Origin: Actinomycetes bacterium
GTDB taxonomy: Bacteria > Actinomycetota > Acidimicrobiia > Acidimicrobiales > JAJZJN01
DNA length: 24,000 nucleotides
NCBI GenBank assembly: GCA_021851165.1
Contig: JAJZJN010000014.1
Location: 7,638 to 31,637 of the forward strand
Direction: 5' to 3'
Of this stretch, positions 13,561 through 20,560 are shown in pieces. How positions within the stretch are numbered: the first letter of the stretch is position 1; each line of letters opens with the position of its first letter. A model generated the notes under the pieces. That model had not been told where the DNA came from. It ran no database searches and was given only the letters and a program-made list of their open reading frames with translations. Position numbers and translations under genes: made by a program.

Positions 13561-14172
13561 TCAGAGCAGGACCCTCAGGCCCAGCTCGTCGAGCCGCCGG
13601 CCCATGGCGTCAGGCGTCACCCCGAACAGGCAGGCTATGGCCCTCAGATCCTCGGCCCTGATCGTTATCATCCGGCCATTGAAATCCTGACGCTGGACCT
13701 GGATCATGCTCAGGAAGCGACGCAGCAAGTCACGCTCGGGACCGCTCACGGAGTTGAGCTTGGTCAGGTCAATGGCAACCTTCTCCACCCCGTCCCACGG
13801 ACGCACGCTGCGACGCGCGCCAGCAGCAGCAGAACCGTCAGCCTCGCCGTCCGACTCGGCGTTGCCGATGGCCCACCTGCTCGCGTCGTCATTGTCCTCG
13901 GGCAGCAGCTGGTCGACGGGGACGTCGTAGAGCCTGGCAAGTCTCTGCAGGCGGGGCACCGAGATCGCGCGCTCACCGCGCTCGTAGGCACCGAGCACGG
14001 AGGCCTTGAACTCCTGGGCCGACATGGCCTCCACGGCTTGGAGCGAGAGGTGCATCTGCTTGCGCACTGCCCTCAGACGGGCGCCCACGGCGCGCGCATA
14101 GGCGATCCGCATGTCAGCAGAGCCGCTCTCGTCATCCATGTCCACGTCCATTTCGGCACTGTCTTTGATCAT
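13561..14172 (-). CDS. bldD: BldD-like transcriptional regulator (XRE-type HTH N-domain plus BldD-type C-domain with an RXD-X8-RXXD motif)
   Basis: The N-domain reads YARAVGARLRAVRKQMHLSLQAVEAMS..VLGAYERGERAISVPRLQRLARLYDVPVDQLLP. The C-domain reads VAIDLTKLN...LLRRFLSMIQVQRQDFNGRMITIRAEDLRAIACLF. Both are collinear with Streptomyces BldD as I remember it. The RQD-X8-RAED motif is encoded at 13648-13692. The start is taken as the ATG at 14170-14172, with GAGGG 10 nt upstream. The ATG at 14110-14112 (MRIAYARAVG) is an alternative that would match the BldD N-terminus length. The 351-aa track ORF is over-extended. Confidence 0.75.
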   Translation of the reverse strand: MIKDSAEMDVDMDDESGSADMRIAYARAVGARLRAVRKQMHLSLQAVEAMSAQEFKASVLGAYERGERAISVPRLQRLARLYDVPVDQLLPEDNDDASRWAIGNAESDGEADGSAAAGARRSVRPWDGVEKVAIDLTKLNSVSGPERDLLRRFLSMIQVQRQDFNGRMITIRAEDLRAIACLFGVTPDAMGRRLDELGLRVLL

Positions 14173-14344
14173 TACCACGTTGCCCTCGCAGATTCGTCGT
14201 TGACCCGGTCTACCTGAGCACTCCCATACCCCGAAGGATGCCGCCCGGACTCTACGACGGCCGGCACGACGCTCCAAACAAGCATTCCATTGTCCAGTGT
14301 TGCTCACGGAGCGTGGCGATTGCAAGGACCTTGTTGTCAAGACA

Positions 14345-15085
14345 TCAGGCTTCTTCCGTGGGCCGGACGAGCCCCCCACGCATGGCGCAGAGCAATAGCC
14401 CGGCCCCGACAGCCGCTGTCTCGGCACGCAATATCCTCTCCCCGAGGCCGACGCGTGTCTCGCTCGCCAGGAGATCCGCCTGGTCCCAGCCCCCCTCCGG
14501 ACCGGCCGCCACAGCCGGAAGGGCAAGTGAGGGAGGCTGCCCACCCCGCTCGGCAAGTGCGAGAGGCACCGGAGCAAGAGCCCTCTGCATCTCCGCGAGG
14601 CTGACGATACCGTCAACCTCGGGCAGCCAGGCTCTACGCGATTGGGCTGCTGCTTCTCGCGCTACTCGGCAAAGACGCTCGAGCGCCCGCTGCTCACGCG
14701 CACCCTCCCACCTGACCACCGATCGCGTCGAGCGAAGCACCACGATGCGGTCGACGCCGACTTCTGTGAGCTTCTGGACCACCCAATCCGGCCTCGCGCC
14801 CTTCACCGGCACGAAACCAACAGTCACAGCCGGGACCGGGCGCTCCACCCGCACCACCTCACCCTCCACCTGCAGTCCGCCGGCAGCCTTCGCATCGAAG
14901 ACGCACCGCCTCCAGGCACCCCTGCCGTCGGAGGCGACCACCAACTCGCCAGGACGGAGACGGAGCACCGACGACATGTGATGCCATTCTGCCGCCTCTA
15001 TGTGCGGATCGTCGATGTTCGCCACAAACACCTGGGCCTGGGCGCCCAGCGAAGCCGGCTCGAGCAAGGAGCCTGTAGCGCTCAC
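14345..15085 (-). CDS. rsmE: 16S rRNA (uracil1498-N3)-methyltransferase RsmE
   Basis: A 246-aa ORF. The N-terminal PUA-like region has HHMSSVLRLRPGELV. The C-terminal SPOUT region has AVAAGPEGGW and LGERILRAETAAV. The GTG start overlaps the dnaJ stop as GTGA at 15082-15085. Confidence 0.85.
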   Translation of the reverse strand: MSATGSLLEPASLGAQAQVFVANIDDPHIEAAEWHHMSSVLRLRPGELVVASDGRGAWRRCVFDAKAAGGLQVEGEVVRVERPVPAVTVGFVPVKGARPDWVVQKLTEVGVDRIVVLRSTRSVVRWEGAREQRALERLCRVAREAAAQSRRAWLPEVDGIVSLAEMQRALAPVPLALAERGGQPPSLALPAVAAGPEGGWDQADLLASETRVGLGERILRAETAAVGAGLLLCAMRGGLVRPTEEA

Positions 15086-16212
15086 CCGAAGGCCGAGCGG
15101 AGGCGCGAGAGCAATCCCTCGCTCGCAGCAGCCACCTCCTCACCTCGCTCTGACGCCAGCTTGCGCAGGAGCTCCTCCTGTTCCTTGGTCAGGTCTCCTG
15201 GCGTATCCACCGCGACCATCACCATCAGATCACCACGTCCCCGCCCTCGGACATGTGGGACGCCCCGCCCCTTCACACGAATAACGTAGCCGGTCTGCGT
15301 TCCGGCTGGAACCGTGAGCTCCTCCGTGCCGTCAAGGGTCTCGAACGACACGACAGCTCCCAGAGCCGCCTGAGTCATGGCTACGTGCAGCGTGGAGCGC
15401 AGGTCGCTTCCCTCGCGCTCGAAACGATCGTCGGGATGAACCGCCAGGTGGACATACAGGTCGCCAGGCGGTCCACCGTGAGGGCCTGCTGGGCCCCGAC
15501 CGCTGAGGCGTAACGTCGAGCCATGATCCACCCCGGCTGGCACATCTATCGTGAATGTCTTCTTCTCGGCTTTGCGACCCTCGCCATTGCATTCGGGGCA
15601 AGGGCTCGGAATCACCTCGCCGGAGCCCTGGCACCGCGGGCAGGGAGCTGCCGTCATCACCTGGCCGAGAATCGACTGGCGCACCCTGCGCACCTCGCCG
15701 GAGCCCTGGCAGTCGGGGCATCGCATGGCGGTGGTCCCAGAGCGAGCACCTGACCCCTCGCAGGCCGAGCACGTCACCAGTCCATCGACGGTTATGTCAC
15801 GACGTGCACCGAAAACTGCCTCACGAAACGTGAGGTCAACCACCATCTCTGCGTCCGCCCCGCGTGTGGGTCCCGACCGTCGGCGGCGCCCAGCCTGGTC
15901 GGCACCGAAGAACGCGTCGAAGATGTCGCCGAACCCGCCGGCAAACGCCCCCCCGAAGAACGGGTCACCGCCGCCTCCCCCGGCCATGCCATCCATGCCC
16001 TCGGGTCCGAAACGGTCATACCGGCGGCGGCGCTCTGGATCGCGCAACACCTCGTATGCCCTGGTCACCTCCTTGAAACGTGATTCCGCCTCGGCATCTC
16101 CGCCCGTGCGGTCAGGGTGCAACTCCCTCGCCTTGCGGCGGTATGCACGCTTGATGTCGTCGTCGCTAGCGTCCTCGGACACTCCGAGCAGGCTGTAGTA
16201 GTCAACACTCAC
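15082..16212 (-). CDS. dnaJ: Molecular chaperone DnaJ (type I)
   Basis: The GTG at 16210-16212 is preceded by GGAGGAG. The J domain reads DYYSLLGVSEDASDDDIKRAYRRKARELHPD. A G/F-rich linker follows, then four CxxCxGxG zinc-finger repeats (CSACEGSG, CPDCQGSG, CPRCQGSG, CPECNGEG). The 434-aa track ORF is over-extended. Confidence 0.9.
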   Translation of the reverse strand: MSVDYYSLLGVSEDASDDDIKRAYRRKARELHPDRTGGDAEAESRFKEVTRAYEVLRDPERRRRYDRFGPEGMDGMAGGGGGDPFFGGAFAGGFGDIFDAFFGADQAGRRRRSGPTRGADAEMVVDLTFREAVFGARRDITVDGLVTCSACEGSGARSGTTAMRCPDCQGSGEVRRVRQSILGQVMTAAPCPRCQGSGEVIPSPCPECNGEGRKAEKKTFTIDVPAGVDHGSTLRLSGRGPAGPHGGPPGDLYVHLAVHPDDRFEREGSDLRSTLHVAMTQAALGAVVSFETLDGTEELTVPAGTQTGYVIRVKGRGVPHVRGRGRGDLMVMVAVDTPGDLTKEQEELLRKLASERGEEVAAASEGLLSRLRSAFG

Positions 16213-17383
16213 CGATGTCTCCTCCGTCACCAGGCACACTGTCCACAACAGGGCATTGCCCGTCAACAGCCACATCGGCTGTAACAGGCGTATCGGCCGC
16301 ATCAGGCACGATGCGATCCGTGGCGTGCGCCGAGGAACCGTCACGCTTGGCGCTGCTTGCCGACCAACCCCTGCCCAATCGCCCACCCAGCTGTGCCCCG
16401 ACCTCGCGGACCGCTGCTAGAGCAAGCGCATAGCGCATCCGCGTCGGGCCTAGCACGCCGATGGTGCCAGCCGTCTCCCCGTCTACCGAGACGGGCGCCA
16501 CCACCAGAGCGCATCCTGCCAGAGGCTCGAAGCCGTGCTCGGTGCCGATCGCGACCGACAAGCCCCGATCCAGGATCTCCTCGACGAGCTCCACGACAAC
16601 CAGCTGCTGCTCGAGAATCGACAGGACTGAGCGGACTGTATCGGCAGCATCGAATGCTGCGGCCATCCTCGACGAGCCGCCAACGAACACATGCTCCGGC
16701 TCCTTCATCCCTGCGAGGTCGCGCAATGCCTCGATCCCCAGCACGAGCAGGGACTCGAGCGATGGATCCCCACCCGGCCCAAAGCTCCGCAGGTTGGTAA
16801 GGGTGCTCCCTCGAAGATGCCTGGACAGGTAGCTAGTAGCTCTGGCCAGCATCTCGTCGTCGACGCCGTCTGGAAGATTGATCGTGCGTTTCTCGACTGC
16901 CCCGTCCGCCAGGACCACTACCAGCAATGCGAGGGAATGGTTGAGCCCGACCAACTGGACCGACCTGATAGGAGCCATCTCGTGAGTCGGCCCAACCACA
17001 AGCGCTGCACAATCCGTGAGGTTCGCGAGGAGTTGGCTGCTCCTGTCGAGCAGCTCCTCGACCTCGCCGTGGACATGTGCGAAGAACCGCCTTACCTGCT
17101 GGCGATGCAGCGAGTCGAGACGACCGGGAGCTCCAAGATGGTCGACGAAGAACCGGTACCCCTTGTCGGTCGGGATACGGCCGGCGCTGGTGTGCGGTTG
17201 GGTTAGATAGCCCTCCCGTTCGAGAGCAGCCATCTCATTGCGAACCGTGGCGGAGGACACCTGCACCCCTGGGGCCCGCACGACATGTGCCGAGCCCACC
17301 GGCTGTGCTGTGTCTATGTACTCGGTCACGACGGCGTTCAGGATCGCCGACTTGCGTTCGTCCAGAGGATCGCCCTCTACCAT
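16202..17383 (-). CDS. hrcA: Heat-inducible transcription repressor HrcA, with an atypical C-terminal extension of about 57 aa
   Basis: LNAVVTEYIDTAQPVGSAHV...VSSATVRNEMAALEREGYLTQPHTSAGRIPTDKGYRFFVDHL and GVLGPTRMRY are canonical HrcA motifs. The start is taken as the ATG at 17381-17383 by alignment with known HrcA N-termini. A GTG at 17428 would abut the CIRCE element. The stop overlaps the dnaJ start by 11 nt. Confidence 0.9.
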   Translation of the reverse strand: MVEGDPLDERKSAILNAVVTEYIDTAQPVGSAHVVRAPGVQVSSATVRNEMAALEREGYLTQPHTSAGRIPTDKGYRFFVDHLGAPGRLDSLHRQQVRRFFAHVHGEVEELLDRSSQLLANLTDCAALVVGPTHEMAPIRSVQLVGLNHSLALLVVVLADGAVEKRTINLPDGVDDEMLARATSYLSRHLRGSTLTNLRSFGPGGDPSLESLLVLGIEALRDLAGMKEPEHVFVGGSSRMAAAFDAADTVRSVLSILEQQLVVVELVEEILDRGLSVAIGTEHGFEPLAGCALVVAPVSVDGETAGTIGVLGPTRMRYALALAAVREVGAQLGGRLGRGWSASSAKRDGSSAHATDRIVPDAADTPVTADVAVDGQCPVVDSVPGDGGDIGEC

Positions 17384-17428
17384 GTTCGACGTCAAGAGGC
17401 CCCTACCGGGTTCATTCGGACAGTTCAC

Positions 17429-17455
17429 TTAGCACTCGATTGTACCGACTGCCAG
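17429..17455 (-). promoter_or_regulatory. CIRCE-like operator (HrcA binding site) upstream of hrcA-dnaJ-rsmE
   Basis: The plus strand reads TTAGCACTC-GATTGTACC-GACTGCCAG, against the consensus TTAGCACTC-N9-GAGTGCTAA. The left arm matches 9/9, the right arm 6/9, and the 9-nt spacer is correct. In the hrcA sense, the spacer contains TACAAT (complement of 17439-17444), a good -10 hexamer. The element lies 46 nt upstream of the preferred hrcA ATG. Confidence 0.55.
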
Positions 17456-17518
17456 CGCCCTCGAAGCAGGAGGCCATCTACAGAGTCCAGCTACCAGGGA
17501 ATACGAGATGGCGCAGTG

Positions 17519-19339
17519 TCACTCATCGAGACGTAGCGCCGAAATGAAGGCCTCCTGGGGAACCTCGACCCGTCCGATGGACTTCATCCGCTTCTTCCCC
17601 TCCTTCTGGCGCTCGAGAAGCTTCCGCTTACGGGTGATGTCACCTCCGTAGCACTTTGCCAGTACGTCCTTGCGCTTGGCCTTCACAGTCTCGCGTGCCA
17701 CTACCCTGCCACCGATCGCGGCCTGAATGGGTACGTCGAACAGCTGACGCGGTATCAGTTCTCGCAGCTTCTCCGCCATGCGCCGACCGTAAGTGTCCGC
17801 CTGTGAACGGTGCAGGACGGTCGAGAAAGCATCCACAGGCACATGGTTGATCAGAAGATCCACCTTTACGAGGTTGGCACTCTGGTAGCCAGCAGGCTCG
17901 TAGTCGAGGCTCGCATACCCCTTGGTGCGGCTCTTCAACTGGTCGAAGAAATCCATCACAACCTCAGCCAGGGGGATCTTGTAGACCAGCTCGAGCCTCT
18001 CTGGCGAGAGGTACTCCATCCGATCGAGCTCGCCTCGACGGTTCTGACAGAGATCCATCACCGTGCCGATGTACTCGGAGGGAACGATCACCGTCGCGCG
18101 TAGCATCGGCTCGTCCACATGATCCAGCCGGCTCGGTTCGGGCATATCGCTCGGGTTGTCGAACCCGACCTCCGAACCATCCGCCAGATGGGCTATGTAC
18201 GCGACCGAAGGCGCAGTCGCAATTAGCGAGAGGCCGAACTCCCTCTCGAGGCGCTCGCGAACGATCTCCATGTGAAGCAGGCCGAGGAATCCACAGCGAA
18301 AGCCGAAACCGAGCGCTCCCGAGGACTCGGGCTCGAATGTGAAGCTGGAGTCGTTCAGCTTGAGCCTGTCCAGGGCTTCTCGCAATTCCGGCAGCTCGTC
18401 GCCATCGATCGGATAGAGCCCGCAGAAGACCATCGGCTTCGGGTCACGATACCCAGCGAGAGGAGCCGGGGCTGGATTCGACACGTCTGTCACCGTCTCT
18501 CCCGAACGCGCCTTGCCTACGTCTTTGATCCCCGCGATGAGATAGCCGACCTCTCCGGGCCCGAGGTCTGCCACAGGAGTCGGCTCCGGAGAGCGCACCC
18601 CTATCTCCTCGACGTCATAGGCCGACCCTGCCTGCATGAAACGCACCTTCGATGCCGAGCGCAAAGCACCCGAGACGACGCGGATCGAGCTGACCACCCC
18701 GCGGTACTGGTCGTAGGAGGAATCGAATATCAACGCCTGCAGAGGTGCAGCCGCATCGCCCGATGGCGGGGGGACTCGCTCTACCACCGCGTCAAGCAGC
18801 TCAGGCACCCCTTCACCGGTCTTCGCCGATATGCGCAATATCCCGGTGGAGTCTATTCCGAGCACCCTTTCGATCTCCGCGGCGCACCGATCCGGGTCTG
18901 CAGCGGGTAGGTCGATCTTGTTCAGGGCGGCGACGATCTCCAAGTCATGCTCGATTGCCTGATAGCAGGTCGCCAGGGTCTGCGCCTGGATTCCCTGCGA
19001 TGCGTCCACCAGCAGCACGGCTCCCTCGCACGCGGCCAGGGAGCGACTGACCTCGTATGCGAAGTCGACGTGTCCAGGAGTGTCTATCAGGTGAAGAACA
19101 TGGTCCCGCCAGTTCACGCGCACGTTCTGAGCCTTGATGGTGATGCCCCGTTCGCGCTCGATGTCCATCGAGTCGAGGTATTGCTCCCGCATCAGCCTGG
19201 GGTCTACGGCGTGGGTCAGCTCCAGGATGCGATCCGACAGGGTGGACTTGCCGTGGTCGACGTGGCTGATGATCGAGAAGTTCCGTATGGATTCGGCGGG
19301 CAGCACAACACCCGAAGCGTACCGGTAGGAAGCCCCCAT
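17519..19339 (-). CDS. lepA: Translation elongation factor 4 (LepA)
   Basis: Homology starts at the ATG at 19337-19339 ([39 protein letters not shown]). G motifs are DTPGHVDF and NKIDL. The LepA-specific C-terminus is ...[28 protein letters not shown]. The 717-aa track ORF is over-extended into the rpsT region. Confidence 0.95.
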   Translation of the reverse strand: MGASYRYASGVVLPAESIRNFSIISHVDHGKSTLSDRILELTHAVDPRLMREQYLDSMDIERERGITIKAQNVRVNWRDHVLHLIDTPGHVDFAYEVSRSLAACEGAVLLVDASQGIQAQTLATCYQAIEHDLEIVAALNKIDLPAADPDRCAAEIERVLGIDSTGILRISAKTGEGVPELLDAVVERVPPPSGDAAAPLQALIFDSSYDQYRGVVSSIRVVSGALRSASKVRFMQAGSAYDVEEIGVRSPEPTPVADLGPGEVGYLIAGIKDVGKARSGETVTDVSNPAPAPLAGYRDPKPMVFCGLYPIDGDELPELREALDRLKLNDSSFTFEPESSGALGFGFRCGFLGLLHMEIVRERLEREFGLSLIATAPSVAYIAHLADGSEVGFDNPSDMPEPSRLDHVDEPMLRATVIVPSEYIGTVMDLCQNRRGELDRMEYLSPERLELVYKIPLAEVVMDFFDQLKSRTKGYASLDYEPAGYQSANLVKVDLLINHVPVDAFSTVLHRSQADTYGRRMAEKLRELIPRQLFDVPIQAAIGGRVVARETVKAKRKDVLAKCYGGDITRKRKLLERQKEGKKRMKSIGRVEVPQEAFISALRLDE

Positions 19340-19471
19340 GGCAGCCCTGCTACGATTCGGCGTTGCCGCGTGCGAATGCACCCGGCATTGCGACCGCATG
19401 CCGACCACCGCAATCTCGCTCGGAGACGGGCGCCAACCGGGACCGGCAAGACACCGTGTAGCGAGGACCAA

Positions 19472-19744
19472 GTGGCAAACATCCGCAGCCAGATCAAGCG
19501 AAACCGCCAGAACGAGCGGCGGCGGCTCCGCAACAGGGCCGTACGCTCCGAGTTGCGCACGCGCTCGAAGAAGGCAATAGCTGCTGCTGAAGCAGGCACC
19601 GAAGAAACCACAGAGCTTCTCCGCATCGCGATCAAGCGCATCGACAAAGCCGCCGCCAAGGGCGTCATTCACAAGAACCAGGCTGCGCGCCGCAAGTCAC
19701 GCCTGGTCCGAGCTGCGGCTGGCCAAGCTGCAGCTGGCCAATAG
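19472..19744 (+). CDS. rpsT: 30S ribosomal protein S20
   Basis: The GTG at 19472 is preceded by [35 protein letters not shown]...[18 protein letters not shown] is the canonical S20 sequence. The product is 90 aa. It is divergent from lepA, as in many Actinobacteria. Confidence 0.9.
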   Translation: MANIRSQIKRNRQNERRRLRNRAVRSELRTRSKKAIAAAEAGTEETTELLRIAIKRIDKAAAKGVIHKNQAARRKSRLVRAAAGQAAAGQ

Positions 19745-19751
19745 AGGCGAC

Positions 19752-19790
19752 GGCCCGTCATTCTCGGTGGTCGACTGCCGAGAGAGGGCC
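19752..19790 (+). terminator. Candidate stem-loop downstream of rpsT
   Basis: The outer stem GGCCC (19752-19756) pairs with GGGCC (19786-19790). The inner stem CTCGG (19763-19767) pairs with CCGAG (19778-19782). There is no U-tract and the evidence is weak. Confidence 0.2.
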
Positions 19791-19870
19791 GGCTCCCAGC
19801 AGCTCTCGGCGTAAGCTTCGCTAGGTGCAGGCTCCACGAGTAGGCCAGAGAAGATGAAGGATCACCCCCC

Positions 19871-20428
19871 ATGATGGCGACGTCGGTCACCTTCTCCGGC
19901 GGCCCCGTCTTCCTGGTGTTCGCCATGGTGATGTTCGGGCTATGGCTGTGGGGCCTCATCGACACTGCCATGCACCCAGGATGGGCATGGCGCCAGGCGG
20001 GCCACAGCAAGGCCCTCTGGACAGTCCTCGAGGTAGTCATCAACCCGTTCCTCGTGACGACCCTTCTGTACCTGCTCATCTGCCGGCCAGGTATAGCCGA
20101 GGCGCAGCGCATGGGTCAGGGCCCGGGGGGATTCGCCGGAGCCTGGGATCCCGGCTTTACCGGAAGGGGACCCGGAGGAATGGGTGGCATCGGTGGACCC
20201 CGTCCCCAGCAGCCAACTCCGCAGCCGCCCCCGTTCGCACCAGGCGGCACGAGTGGGGCACCTGGTGCTGGGCCAGAAGAGCGCTTTGCCAACAACGAGA
20301 ATCCCACACTCCCTCCACCTGCTTGGCACCCCGATCCCTCCGGCCGTCATCAGTTCCGCTACTGGGACGGTGAGCACTGGACGTCATATGTGGCTGATGG
20401 TGCGCAGCAGGCCACTGACCCGATCTGA
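19871..20428 (+). CDS. Membrane protein with a PLDc_N-like N-terminal two-TM domain, a Gly/Pro-rich linker and a C-terminal DUF2510 motif
   Basis: The N-terminus (VFLVFAMVMFGLWLWGLIDTAMHP...HSKALWTVLEVVINPFLVTTLLYLLICRP) resembles the cardiolipin-synthase N-terminal (PLDc_N) small membrane domain. The C-terminus (AWHPDPSGRHQFRYWDGEHWTSYV) is the DUF2510 signature. Confidence 0.7.
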   Translation: MMATSVTFSGGPVFLVFAMVMFGLWLWGLIDTAMHPGWAWRQAGHSKALWTVLEVVINPFLVTTLLYLLICRPGIAEAQRMGQGPGGFAGAWDPGFTGRGPGGMGGIGGPRPQQPTPQPPPFAPGGTSGAPGAGPEERFANNENPTLPPPAWHPDPSGRHQFRYWDGEHWTSYVADGAQQATDPI

Positions 20429-20439
20429 GATCGTCACCG

Positions 20440-20560
20440 CCACTGGCGGCTCAGCCGCAGCTACTGGCAGCCCAGTCGCAGCTACTGGCAGCCCAGTCAC
20501 CGCCACTGGCAGCCCAGTCACCGTTGCTGGCAGATCAGCCGCCTCCACTGGCAGCTCGTA
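20440..20560. repeat. 21-bp tandem repeat, about 5.7 copies, each core unit carrying a 5-4-5 inverted repeat
   Basis: Units start at 20440, 20461, 20482, 20503, 20524 and 20545. The central three are near-identical (CTACTGGCAGCCCAGTCGCAG, CTACTGGCAGCCCAGTCACCG, CCACTGGCAGCCCAGTCACCG). Each contains ACTGG-CAGC-CCAGT. The array fills the convergent gap after the DUF2510 gene and runs into the last 8-9 codons and stop of holA. Confidence 0.9.

Noticed and set aside
19340-19471. A possible structured leader or sRNA in the lepA/rpsT divergent spacer (ATTGCG...CGCAAT pairing around 19385-19418).
   Set aside because: There is only a short imperfect stem with a long loop. No conserved motif is recognisable by eye, and the region is more simply explained as two divergent promoters. 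The evidence is not strong enough to report.
17519-19672. N-terminally extended versions of real genes in the ORF track: lepA 717 aa, recO 344 aa, the CBS protein 509 aa, dnaJ 434 aa, the BldD-like ORF 351 aa, era 372 aa, holA 375 aa and Trx-TPR 267 aa.
   Set aside because: Homology begins well inside each ORF at an ATG or GTG that has an SD or a start/stop overlap. The extensions overlap upstream genes or divergent genes (for example rpsT) and have non-coding-like composition.
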